Source of the DNA: Eledone cirrhosa
Taxonomy: Eukaryota
DNA length: 64,000 nt
Assembly: GCA_964016885.1 (NCBI GenBank)
Contig: OZ024742.1
Coordinates: 353,214,001-353,278,000 of the forward strand
Direction: 5' to 3'
The notes beneath the pieces are model-generated. The model saw only the letters and a program-made list of their open reading frames with translations. It was not told the DNA's origin and searched no databases. The position numbers and the translations under genes were made by a program. Below are positions 27,076-39,089 of this stretch, one piece after another (position 1 is the first letter of the stretch; each line of letters starts with the position of its first letter).

Positions 27076-27589
27076 AAGATATATAGCAACCAACCCACTC
27101 GCCGTAAGCAACCAATCACATTCTTTCTGACTTGACCACTGCCACGTCACAGTTCTTAGCCATTTTAAATTCGTGTCTGGCGGGGACCACTTTAGAAAAT
27201 AATATGTCCTAACGAGTTTGCCTCCTGATCAGTTCGAAGCTCGAGATTTTATCCTTATAGGATATATCAAAATGCGATCGAAACCCGAGGGTAGGGACAT
27301 AATCCTGGTATGTGTATGAGCATTACTTCTAACTTTAATGATATGCCTAATTGTGTATGTTTGACTGTCAATTTAATCGATTTCCACGTGTTGTTGAAAT
27401 GTTGGGTAAACATTATATGGCGGTTGGCCGCGAAGAGATTGCTGTCGTTTATTTATCTACTATTTCGTCATAGGTGCCTTTTAATCTTATAGCCTGATCT
27501 AATTGATTGTTTGTGTGGTTAATTATGCTAATTGGGAGAGGAAATGGTGTATACATATTATCAAATGATTCTATGGATATACATTATAG

Positions 27590-27620
<31 letters not shown>

Positions 27621-27831
27621 CTAGGGCGGGTAAAATTCCAGAGATACATGGACGAGCTCTCTCCAGCGGTCTCTGTCCCTCATTTTCGCTGCCATTTCCT
27701 GCGTCTTCAATAGACCAATATCTGTCCTTAGGGCTTCAACATATGTTAACCTTGGTCTTCTTCCAGTGTGTCCATGTAGGGGCTCCCACAGGAGCACTGA
27801 GTGTAATGTCAATTCTGGATGTCGGTTAGCT

Positions 27832-27832
<1 letters not shown>
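27621..27832 (-). mobile_element. RTE-clade LINE 3' fragment
   Basis: LLWEP..GRRPRLTY..L..D....MRDRDRWRELV, typical of an RTE ORF C-terminus. Flanked by (TA)n. Confidence 0.7.
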
Positions 27833-27892
<60 letters not shown>

Positions 27893-27913
27893 ATATATAT
27901 ATAATATATATTT

Positions 27914-28417
27914 ATTAAAATAGCAGATTAAATTTTAAGCAAATACTTGCTGCTTTCAGCCTTAAAGGGCTCTTCTGAAACTAAAAAAAATCAATCTGTG
28001 AACGCAGAAGTAACAATTTGAAAAAAAATTGCAACCGAAGGAAGACAAGAAGACGATACTTTGGTTCGTGTACACGTTCCCTGGCAAAGAACGGATAAAG
28101 ACAAAGATAATACGTCATAATTTGGTGCGGTAGAAATAATTACACGCAAAGAGAAAACGACGTTTATGGTATACATGAAGTCGTAGACTAATAGTCTATT
28201 TAGGAAACCGAATTAGGAAACCGGCTTAGAATTATGAATAATGTAAATAAATTACAGAGGTAATTGAAATAAAATATGTAGATGCTCGCAACCATATACG
28301 TACATACACAAGCATAAGCGAAAACAACCGCAATGGGTATGCCAATACAAGCACGCACACATAAACAATTAAACACACCCACGCACATGCAGACCAAACG
28401 CAACGCCTGTACCCGCA

Positions 28418-28420
<3 letters not shown>
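27914..28420 (-). repeat. Interspersed non-coding repeat (related copies at 44624-45210 and ~39520-39590) with an HHR-like core
   Basis: Shared blocks AATCTGTGAACGCAGAAGT and GAAGTCGTAGACTAAT. Minus strand reads CAGAAGA-hairpin-GAAA-GCA..TGC-TT. Confidence 0.6.
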
Positions 28421-28515
<95 letters not shown>

Positions 28516-28600
28516 TATATATATAAAATCAATATATATATATATAAAATAGAGAAAATTGTTTAAATAAATTTTAAAAAATTCGCTGTACTTACAATAT

Positions 28601-28686
28601 GAGCTTCTACCGCGGTTTCATGCTCCAATATAATCGGAAAATCCAAGCGGATTTATATTAAGAAGGAAGCAATCTTCAGAAGGCTC
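28601..28686 (-). ncRNA. Type I hammerhead ribozyme
   Basis: GAGCcTT-CTGAAGA-tTGCTTC...GGAGCAt-GAAA-CCGCGG-TA-GAaGCTC. Stem III is palindromic. Confidence 0.78.
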
Positions 28687-29088
28687 TTCTTCCTCGGAGA
28701 ATATAAAATACCCGAGTTCAAATCACAAACTGACGCCGTACAAACCCATTCCCAAATGAGAGCGGATGAAGAAAGAAATAATTTTGTCTGGTGCCGTGTG
28801 CAAAGACAAAAGGCAGGGTGGACAGGTCAATGTCCTGCCACTAGAAACAGCAACTGTCGAAACGGCTACAATTTTATATCTACCTTAGGGGAAAATCAAT
28901 AATAATAGAGTATGAATTCCTACGTGTAAAACATACATATAGGGAAACAAGTATTTTCCATCCGTATGCCTATCTGGTTCTATGTCGGGTTAATAAATTA
29001 ACAAGCCAGAACATATAAAATCAATGTCTAACACATAGGAAAATAGTTTTAAAAAGAAATAAAAAAATTCGCCGTACTTACTATATGT

Positions 29089-29169
29089 GCCTTTACCTCG
29101 GTTTCATGCTCCAGATTAAACTGAAAATCAAAGAGAATTTCATTGAGAAGGGAGCAATCTTCAGAAGGC
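29089..29169 (-). ncRNA. Type I hammerhead ribozyme
   Basis: GCCTT-CTGAAGA-tTGCTCC...GGAGCAt-GAAA-CCgaGG-TA-AAGGC. Confidence 0.8.
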
Positions 29170-30367
29170 TCTTCTCCCTCGGAGAATATAAAATTCCCGA
29201 GTTCAAATCACAAACTGACGCCATACAAAACCATTCCCAAATGAAAGCGGATGATGAAAGAATAATTCTGTCTGGTGCCGTGTGCAAAGACAAAAGCAGG
29301 GTGGACAGGTCAATGTCCTGCCACTAGAAATAGCAGCAGCCGAAAAGACCTGTTAATTTATTAACCCGCCATATAACAACATTGACATACGGTTGAATAA
29401 TACTTGTTTCCATATATGTTTTTTTTACACGTAGGAATTCATACTTTATTATTATTGATTTCCCCCTACGGTAGAGATAAAATGTTGGCCGTTTGAACTG
29501 CTGTTTTTACTAGTGGCAGGACATTGACCTGTCCACCCTGCGTTTTGTCTTTGCACACGGCACCAGACAGAATTATCTCTTTCATCATCCGCTTTCATTT
29601 GGGAATGTTTTTTTATAGCGTCAGTTTGTGATTTGAACTCGGGAATTTTATATTAACCGAGGAAGAAGAGCCTTCTGAAGATTGCGCCCTTCTCAATGAC
29701 ATTCCGCTAAGATTTTCCGTGTATATATATATATGTATATATATATATTTATATATATATAAATGGAAAAGGATGAATCGACATTTAATATCTCGCTATT
29801 AGTACGGCTGATACCTAAATATAAGTATGTATAAGTACACACATATATGTGTGCAGGCGTACAATAGTATGTATATATATACATACATGCACACACATAT
29901 ATATATATGTACGTATGGGTTCACCGAACATTTATTATAATGATCGGTTTGATTGTAAACGAACATCCCGAATTATGCCGTACGGTGCTCGGCAACCATC
30001 GTAGTCTTTTTGTTCAACACATACACAGGAACGTTGTGCTAGTTTCAAGTTTAGTAGCTATCGTCAGCCTCGTATACCTTTCTGTCAGATGATTGAACGT
30101 TTGAAAGTATATACTTTCCTTATGCATATTAACGGCTTAGCAGCCTAATTTGCATGTCGAGTGATTTGGTCGGCTGGGCGTAGCGAAAATGAAACGAAAT
30201 TTCATTTCTCACTCTTAGTACGGCTGATACCTAAATATAAGTATGTATACCTACATACATATATGTATACAGACGTACAGTAGTATGTATATATATACAT
30301 ACATGCACAAATATATACATGTAAGTATGGGTTTACCGACCATATATTATAATGTGCGGTTTGTTTG

Positions 30368-30465
<98 letters not shown>

Positions 30466-30655
30466 GTTATCTGTGTTTCGAATGTGATCTTTTTTATATA
30501 TCTATTACTACCCACTCCATACCATTGACAGGTGTTCTATAGAATGTCATAGTGGCCTCAAGATGAAGATTGTCATCAAAATTAACTGTAGATTATACCT
30601 GCAATTTTACAAAGGATGCAGGTATGTATATATGTATGCATATGTATATATATAC

Positions 30656-30717
<62 letters not shown>

Positions 30718-30922
30718 TTATATATATATATATATATTTTCCTCTGTTATTTATTTTTCCTATTCCCTCTACCTTCTACCTTACCCTTTACACACCCAAC
30801 TTTTTTATATATCGATCTTTATTTTGTGTGTATGTATGTATATATATATGTATGTGTTTGTATGTATGTGTATATATGTGCGTATGTATATGTATATATA
30901 TTTATATATATATATATATATT

Positions 30923-30971
<49 letters not shown>

Positions 30972-31000
30972 ATAGAGGTGTAACACACAAGTTATTATAT

Positions 31001-34000
31001 ATTGGTAAACGGAATAGAAAATGTTGACAAATTGTTCACAGTTGAAAAATGGTTTAATTAGGAATAAAAGAGTATTAGTAATTTTATGGGTTAGTATTCA
31101 GTTGTGGTTTTACCAACCTCGCTACCATAAGAAGGAACAAAAACCCAAGAAATCTTCTCCCCCAGAATGACATTTACAACTCTCCCCCTTTAAGGAGACA
31201 CCATATAAAATCACTCAACTACTACGCGGATGCCTCATCGTCAAACATAGGGAAAAGATATCACCACCATGATAGATGCAACAACTTCCCCGCTTCAAGG
31301 GGACAGCAAGGTAATTACCATTTTCTCAACTCTCGCTTCCACAATACACAACAACCCACACCACACGATACAACCAACAACGTAGGCAACTTATAACACC
31401 ACAATACAACATGGCACATAGAAACAGACACCCATACTCGCAGTACAGGAACACCCCATTCAATCTACAACCACCAACCCGAACCACATTTTACAACAAC
31501 AAGGAATATAACAAACACAGGAGACCACTTAACGTCAGCAGACAACCCCTCTATCCCAACCATTTTTTAGACACAGCACACAGATACAGGCAAACAAAAT
31601 AACACAAGACAGGGAGGAGAAACCGATAGTAATACAAATTATCAATCTTACTAGTGCAGAACCAACACCCAACCTTATCAACTTACTCTCCAAAGGTCTT
31701 AAATTCACACCGACCCCACTACGTCCTAACTACTATGAAATGAAGGAAGACATCACAGACTTCTGTAGAAACTTACGACTTTGTGAACAACTATTCAACC
31801 AGTACAATGAGGATGAATCATTAGCCAGAAATAGAAGCAATTACACCCCTTCAAAAGGTAGAAATAAAATCCTGGACGAATTCTGAGAACACATCACAAA
31901 TTTCCCTTACCAACACTTGCACAGACAAAAACACAAGCCAAACCTCAACAAGAAAGAATGGGAAGAATTAAATAGATTAAAAACCGACATAACCATTACA
32001 ATTAAAGAGGCTGATAAAGGGAGTACAGTAGTCCTAATGGAGACAGAATTCTATATCAACTTAGCGCTCTCCACTTTGGAAAACGAAACATACTACGAAA
32101 AGGCTGAACACTACAATCAACAGAAAATTATGAGAAACCTAAAAACTCTAATCAACCAATACAAAAAAGAACTCACTAACAAGGAATTCAGCTTCATCAC
32201 AGACTTCAGAAGTAAATCCAGTCTTTTCTACGGTATCCCTAAAGTACATAAAAGCGAATCAATAAGTAAGGCATGCAAGGAAGCGACAGACATAGTCACC
32301 AATGTCCCCTCGCCCAATGATCTCAAATTAAGACTTATAATAGCAGGCCCCGCTTGCGAAACCCACCGCCTTAGCAACTTCATTGATACCCTTCTCAAAC
32401 CCTTTCTCAAACACATCAAAAGCTATATAAGGGACGACCTAGATATGCTCAATCACCTCCCTAATATGCCACTTTCTGAACAAACCCTACTAGTGACGTT
32501 CGATGTAGTCAACATATACTCCAACATCCCCCACAACCTAGGAATAGAAGCTATACAATACTGGCTGGATAATTTCCACAATGAACTCCCACAACGCATC
32601 AACAAATAATTCGTGATTGAGGGACTCAAATTTATCTTGGAAAACAATTATTTCGTTTTCAATAACAAACCCTACAGGCAGAAATCTGGGACCGCTATGG
32701 GAACGAAAACAGCCCCCACTTATGCCAACCTAGTCATGGGATACCTGGAAATCACCCTCGACACTAAAGTCCTAAACGAATTTGGAAACACCCTCCACTT
32801 ACACATTGAAGGGAACTGGAAGCGATATCTAGATGACTGCTTCATCCTTTGGCACGAAAACATCGACAAACTTAAAGAATTTCACACCCTTATAAATGGG
32901 CTCAACACGAATATTAACTTCACGATGGAATACAGCCATCAACAACTCCCCTTCCTCGACATCCTCATTAAGATCCATAACAAAAAAAATAGAAACATAC
33001 ATATACTACAAGCCCACAGACTCCAAGAAATATCTCCCTTTCAACTCTTGCCACCCTAGACACGTTAAAATTAATATTCCCTACAACTTAGCCAAGAGAA
33101 TCTGTACTATAGTCTCCAATAAAAACACCTGCTACTTACGGCTACAAGAACTAAAGGACACACCCATAGGCAGGGACTACCCTGCATCACTAATTGACAA
33201 TGGAATCCAACGTGCCCTAAAACACAGTACCCGGGACCTTAGACACCCTAAAGTAAATCAACCGAAACTAAAAGCTCTTCCATACATCTCCACACACAAC
33301 CCCCTCAACAATGAGGCCTTTGACAACATCCTCCAGAACATCCCTGTGTTGAAAAAGGACTATAGAATGAACCAAATCCTACGAACACACGATATCATAA
33401 AGAGCAAAAGACAATCCAAGTCAATGAAAAACATCCTAACACATGCCAAAGTACTGCCAACCACAACAACGAAACCCACAGTAAAAAAATGCGATAGACC
33501 CAACTGTGGCATTTGCATCAACCTAATAGAGGGTTCGGAATTCTATTTCAAAGATGGACAACGTTTTATAGTAAAACACAATTTCACATGTGCATCGGAA
33601 AATCTAATATATGTATTAACTTGCTCAGGTTGTCGAGAACAATACATAGGCCAGACCAAAAACAAACTCCGCCAACGCATGACTGTCCATAGATCCCAAA
33701 TTAAAATACGAGAATACAGGAAAATACCACTGAGTGAACACATTGATACCTGTGCCGCCCAAAATCATCCCAACTTCAGAATCTTTCCCCTCTACAAATT
33801 TAAAGATAATGCCACCCACACCCAGCGCATCAGCAATGAATCTTACTTCATTAACAAATACGGACCGCGTCTAAACTCTTCTCCCTAAGACGAATCCACA
33901 ACATACACACGTCAACATACATACGTACATCAGCACACATCTCTACTCACATATAAACACAATGACATACGTAAACACACATGCTCTATGGTGCAACACA

Positions 34001-34417
34001 AACAAATATATGTGTATATATATATATATATATATAGTGAATATTATTTCACACCTTTTATTGTTAAGATTGTTGATGTTCTATTAAGAGAACCGATTTT
34101 ACTGAAAAAATCGAATAATGTACACCATTTTACCAGGGGTAAAAAAAAATTAAAAAAAATTACTGGTCCACCCACACGCACACACACACATTCTCACACA
34201 CACACACACACACATACACATATATACACACACACACACATACACATATATACACACACACACACACATACACACGCGTACATTAACATACACAGAGACA
34301 TATACATACTTCTCCGTATAAGACAAAAGCTGAAAAATATCTTTTGACATGCTCAAATGCCACCACTGCTTACAAACACATTTCTACTGACCATCCCTGC
34401 TACCACGAATTACTCTG

Positions 34418-34481
<64 letters not shown>

Positions 34482-35077
34482 ACACACACACACACACACT
34501 TATCTTAATAACCATTTTACACACATCCCTGCTAACCATTATCACAACATCGAACACCTTACTACTACTACACGCACACACATATTTGTTGTGAAAGCGT
34601 CATTTCTCAGTCTTGGCGCAAAATCAATTCTTAATTCACATGACCTCTACCGACCAATCAAAATTGTTTTGACAACAAGAATTTTTGCAAACACCAAGTA
34701 GCGCTGGAGCCACTTTTTTAACGTAAAAACAGTCTTGGCGCAAAATCAAGTTTTTACATTCACATGACCTCTACCGACCAATCAAAATTGTTTTGACCAC
34801 AATAATTTTTGCAACACCAAAGTAGCGCTGCAGACACTTTGTTAACATAAAAACAGGTAGAATTCCCAAAACTAATCAGATCAAAGCAAACAACACGGAC
34901 ACTCTATCTCATAATTATTTTTGAAAAGCATTTAGAAATGCGCAACCGGTAAAAACTTAAAAACTTAAAACCACAACTGAATACTAACCCATACAATTAC
35001 TAATACTCTTTTATTCCTAATTAAACCATTTTTCAACTGTGAACAATTTGTCAGCATTTTCTATACCGTTTACCAAT
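31001..35077 (+). mobile_element. Penelope-like element 2 (Neptune-like), 5' truncated, with an inverted terminal repeat
   Basis: 31001-31110 is the reverse complement of ~34967-35077. Contains an RT-GIY-YIG ORF and is flanked by (TA)n. Confidence 0.88.
31637..33888 (+). pseudogene. PLE2 RT plus GIY-YIG endonuclease, disrupted
   Basis: Motifs LSKGLKFTPTP, ADKGSTVV, FYGIPKVHK, TFDVVNIYSNI, GTAMG, RYLDD, CDRPNCGIC and NLIYVLTC..QYIGQT. Stops and one frameshift present. Confidence 0.92.
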
Positions 35078-35181
35078 ATATATATATATATATTTTATGT
35101 GTATATATGTGTATGTGTGTATATATGTGTGTGTGCACACATATATATATGTGAGTGTGTATATGTGTCTGTGTATATGTA

Positions 35182-35231
<50 letters not shown>

Positions 35232-35295
35232 TGTCTATGTGTGAATATATGTCTATATTCGTATGTGTGTATGTATGTATGTATATGTTTATATG

Positions 35296-35354
<59 letters not shown>

Positions 35355-35473
35355 TTTTATTATTATAATATAACTTATGTGTATGTGTGTATATGTGAGG
35401 TTGTGTATGTGTATATAATATGTGTATATATAAGTGTAAAAAAATATATATATATGTGCATGTCTGTTTTTTA

Positions 35474-35505
<32 letters not shown>

Positions 35506-35605
35506 CGTGTGTATATATATGTATATGTGGGTGTTTGTATGTGTATTTATGGTGGTATGAGTGTGTGGGTATCTATATATATATATGTATGAATATGTGT
35601 GTGTA

Positions 35606-35672
<67 letters not shown>

Positions 35673-36029
35673 ATATATATCTCTATTAATGCGTGTATAT
35701 ATGTATATGCATATGCCTTTTTATTTTTATTTTTATTTGTATGTCTGAGTTAGGTGAGGTTGTAGTGGTGTTTTTATGTATATACGCATATATGGATGCG
35801 TATGTATTTGTATATATGAGTATAAGTAAGTGCATATGTATGTATGATTATATATCTAATTCTATGTATGAATATACATGTATATATATGTGTGTAAGTA
35901 AATTGTGTGTGTATGTATGTATATGTCTATGTGTGTATATATATATGTATGTATATCGATGTACGTGTATGTATGTACATGTATGTATATGTATGTGTGT
36001 ATGTATGTGTATGTATATTTATGTGTATG

Positions 36030-36094
<65 letters not shown>

Positions 36095-36316
36095 CTTTAT
36101 TATTTATTTTGTATATATATATGTATGTGTGTATGTGTTGTGTGTGTGTGTGTGTGTGTATATATATCTTTATATATGTGTATGTGAATGTTCGTGTAGG
36201 TGTATGTGTGTGTATGACTTTATATGTATGTGTGTATGTGTGTATGCGTATATATTTCTATGTGTGTGTACATGTATGTATGTGTGTATATGTGTATGTG
36301 TGTGTATGTGTATATG

Positions 36317-36347
<31 letters not shown>

Positions 36348-36373
36348 GTTATATATATATATGTATATGTATA

Positions 36374-36404
<31 letters not shown>

Positions 36405-36720
36405 CTATATGTTTTTCTATTTGTATATGTATGTGTGTATAGGTATATACCTTTCTCTTTGTATTTCTAAGTTGTGTGATAGTGTAGTGGTGTTTGTATG
36501 TATATACCGATATATAGATGCGTAAGTATCTGTCTGTTAGTATATATGTAAGTCTGTATATATTTGTGTGTATATATAGCTATGTATGTGTATATCTGTA
36601 TGTATATTAGTATGTAAGTGTTGTATATGTGCATGTATGTGTGTGGTTATATATATCTGTGTCTATATAGTATGTGTGATTATATGTATATGTGTGTGTA
36701 TATGTACGTGTATATACATA

Positions 36721-36775
<55 letters not shown>

Positions 36776-37030
36776 GTATGTGTATTTGTATGTATATGTG
36801 TATATGTATGTATGTGTGTATATGTATATGTTTATATATGTGTGTGTATGTATGTTCTTAGTGTGGATGTGTGTATATGTATGTATGTGTTTGTATATGT
36901 GTGTATATTTATGTATGTGTGTGTGTGTGTGTATGTGTATATATATGTATATTATATATATATATATATGTGTGTGTATATATATATATATATATATGTG
37001 TATGTGTATATATGTATATATATATATTTA
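35078..37030. repeat. Compound (TA)n/(TG)n/(TATG)n microsatellite field
   Basis: Read directly. A similar field lies at ~38017-39085, with many shorter (TA)n tracts across the window. Confidence 0.95.
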
Positions 37031-37673
37031 TTTTCTTGATATATTTCTTTTTTCTTTTTTCTTTTTTCTGTTTTCTTTCTATTCTTTCCTCTTTAATTTT
37101 TATTATTTTTTATTTTTTTATTTTCTTAGTTTATAGATACATCTATATTAGGCAGTCAGCTCAGACCGTTGAATACTGACCTCTCCCCCCCCTCCCACCT
37201 AATTTCTGTATCTTGATCTAAAAATGTGTGTGCCAGTGTTTTATGTGAGTGAATTAATATCCATGTGCTTATGATTTTATATCCACATATATAAATGTGA
37301 GTGGGGGTGTGTGTGTGTTTGTATGTTCGTGGTTATGTGTATATTTATGCATATACGCGCGTGTAAGTGTGATTGTACGGATATGTGTGAGTATGAAAAA
37401 ATATATTTATATACTTAATTTCATAAGTGTCAATACGCATCTTATCTGTGCATTATAAAATTACAGAGACATTAACCTTGAAATTTTGTTATTTGCATCC
37501 ATCCTTTTAGTATGCGTATACAAATTATACATACATTTTTGTAAAATATGTGTAAGGGTTTTACATGTATATACACACACCGAACTGCATTTAACCCTTT
37601 GTGTTTTCATTGGTCAATTTTGTTCCCAAACGGACCTGAAATTTTGAATTGTTGTTATTATCAATAAATATAC

Positions 37674-37827
37674 TTCATTATTTCTGAAGACGGCGTATAT
37701 ATGTGTTGGTATGTATATTTAATCTTGATAATTTGTATAATTTTGTATAATTTTGTACATAGATCTGTTGAATATGCATACCAATTCTAACACATATATA
37801 TCCTAGAAACGATCGTTAAATAATGAA
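37674..37827 (+). ncRNA. Type I hammerhead ribozyme with a very long stem II
   Basis: TTCATTATTT-CTGAAGA-(TATATATGTGTT GGTATGTATATTT...GAATATGCATACC..AACACATATATA)-GAAA-CGATCG-TT-AAATAATGAA. Stem I is a perfect 10 bp and stem III is palindromic. Confidence 0.8.
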
Positions 37828-38012
37828 CTTTTTTTGTTTAATATAAGGAATTGTTTATTCATTATTTGTTTAATATTTTATCTTGACTCTGTATACCGTT
37901 TATCTTTCACCGAAAGTGATTTTTCATTACATCTCTTCTTTCCATGATATCCGGAATACATTGAGTTCTTCATACGGATTGGACACTACCGTAAACTCTT
38001 GGTAGATTTATC

Positions 38013-38097
<85 letters not shown>

Positions 38098-38203
38098 GTG
38101 TGTGTGTGCATTTGCGAGGGTGTAATTATTATGCCTGAATATGCACATTTTTGTTTATATGTTTGTATGTATGCATATTTATTTATATATATGTAAATAT
38201 GTA

Positions 38204-38264
<61 letters not shown>

Positions 38265-38754
38265 ATGTATGTGTATGTATATATGTATATATATATGTAT
38301 AACTGTGTGTGTGTGTGTATTTTTATATTTGGTGGCGATGCAAATTTATGTATATGTGTGTGTGTGTATATATGTGTATGTATATATATATATATATATG
38401 GAATATGTATATATTGTGTATGTATATAATGTGTATGTATATAATGTGTATGTATATAATGTGTATGTATATATATATATTATGCAATACTGTTGGCTTT
38501 TTGCTACAATGTTTTCTATACCTTTCATTCATATATATATATATATATGTGAGTGTGTGTGTATGTCTGTGTGTGTTTATATATGTGTGAATATATATAT
38601 AATTATATACAAAATATTTAACATTTAATATATTTACTCCAGGAACTTTTTGAGTGCTCTACTTCAGTTATAAATATTTATAATTTTTTATTTATACTTT
38701 TGTCCTATTTCCAACCCTTTGAATACCCCTGCCACCCTTTTAATTATATATATT

Positions 38755-38802
<48 letters not shown>

Positions 38803-39089
38803 TGTCCGTGCCTATGCATGTGTTTATATGCGTATGTGTGTATGTATGTATTTTTATATTTAAGTATTTGTTTATATCTATGTGTGTATAGGGTTGTATG
38901 GTTTTTGTTCTCATGTATATGCGTGTTTGAATGTATTTATTTATATATGTTTGTTATATGTATATACACCTACATTTTTATATATGTACATATACGTGTG
39001 GTTGAGAGTTTATGCGCGCGTTCGATTGTGTATGGTTGTGAGTTATGTACATGTGTGTAATTGTGTGTGTGTGTATATATATATACATC

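Larger units (their letters stand above)
28549..29720 (-). mobile_element. ORF-less ~486-bp tandem repeat (~1.6 units) plus an inverted copy; retrozyme/pLTR-type
   Basis: 28577-28860 resembles 29063-29345. 29350-29720 resembles the reverse complement of ~28635-29005. Flanked by (TA)n. One HHR per unit. Confidence 0.8.

Noticed and set aside
31880-31895. In-frame TGA in the PLE2 ORF as a possible selenocysteine codon
   Set aside because: The element also has a TAA stop and a frameshift, and I identified no SECIS, so ordinary decay is simpler.
38625-38680. Minus-strand CTGAAGT...GGAG hammerhead-like relic
   Set aside because: Too many core mismatches to call.
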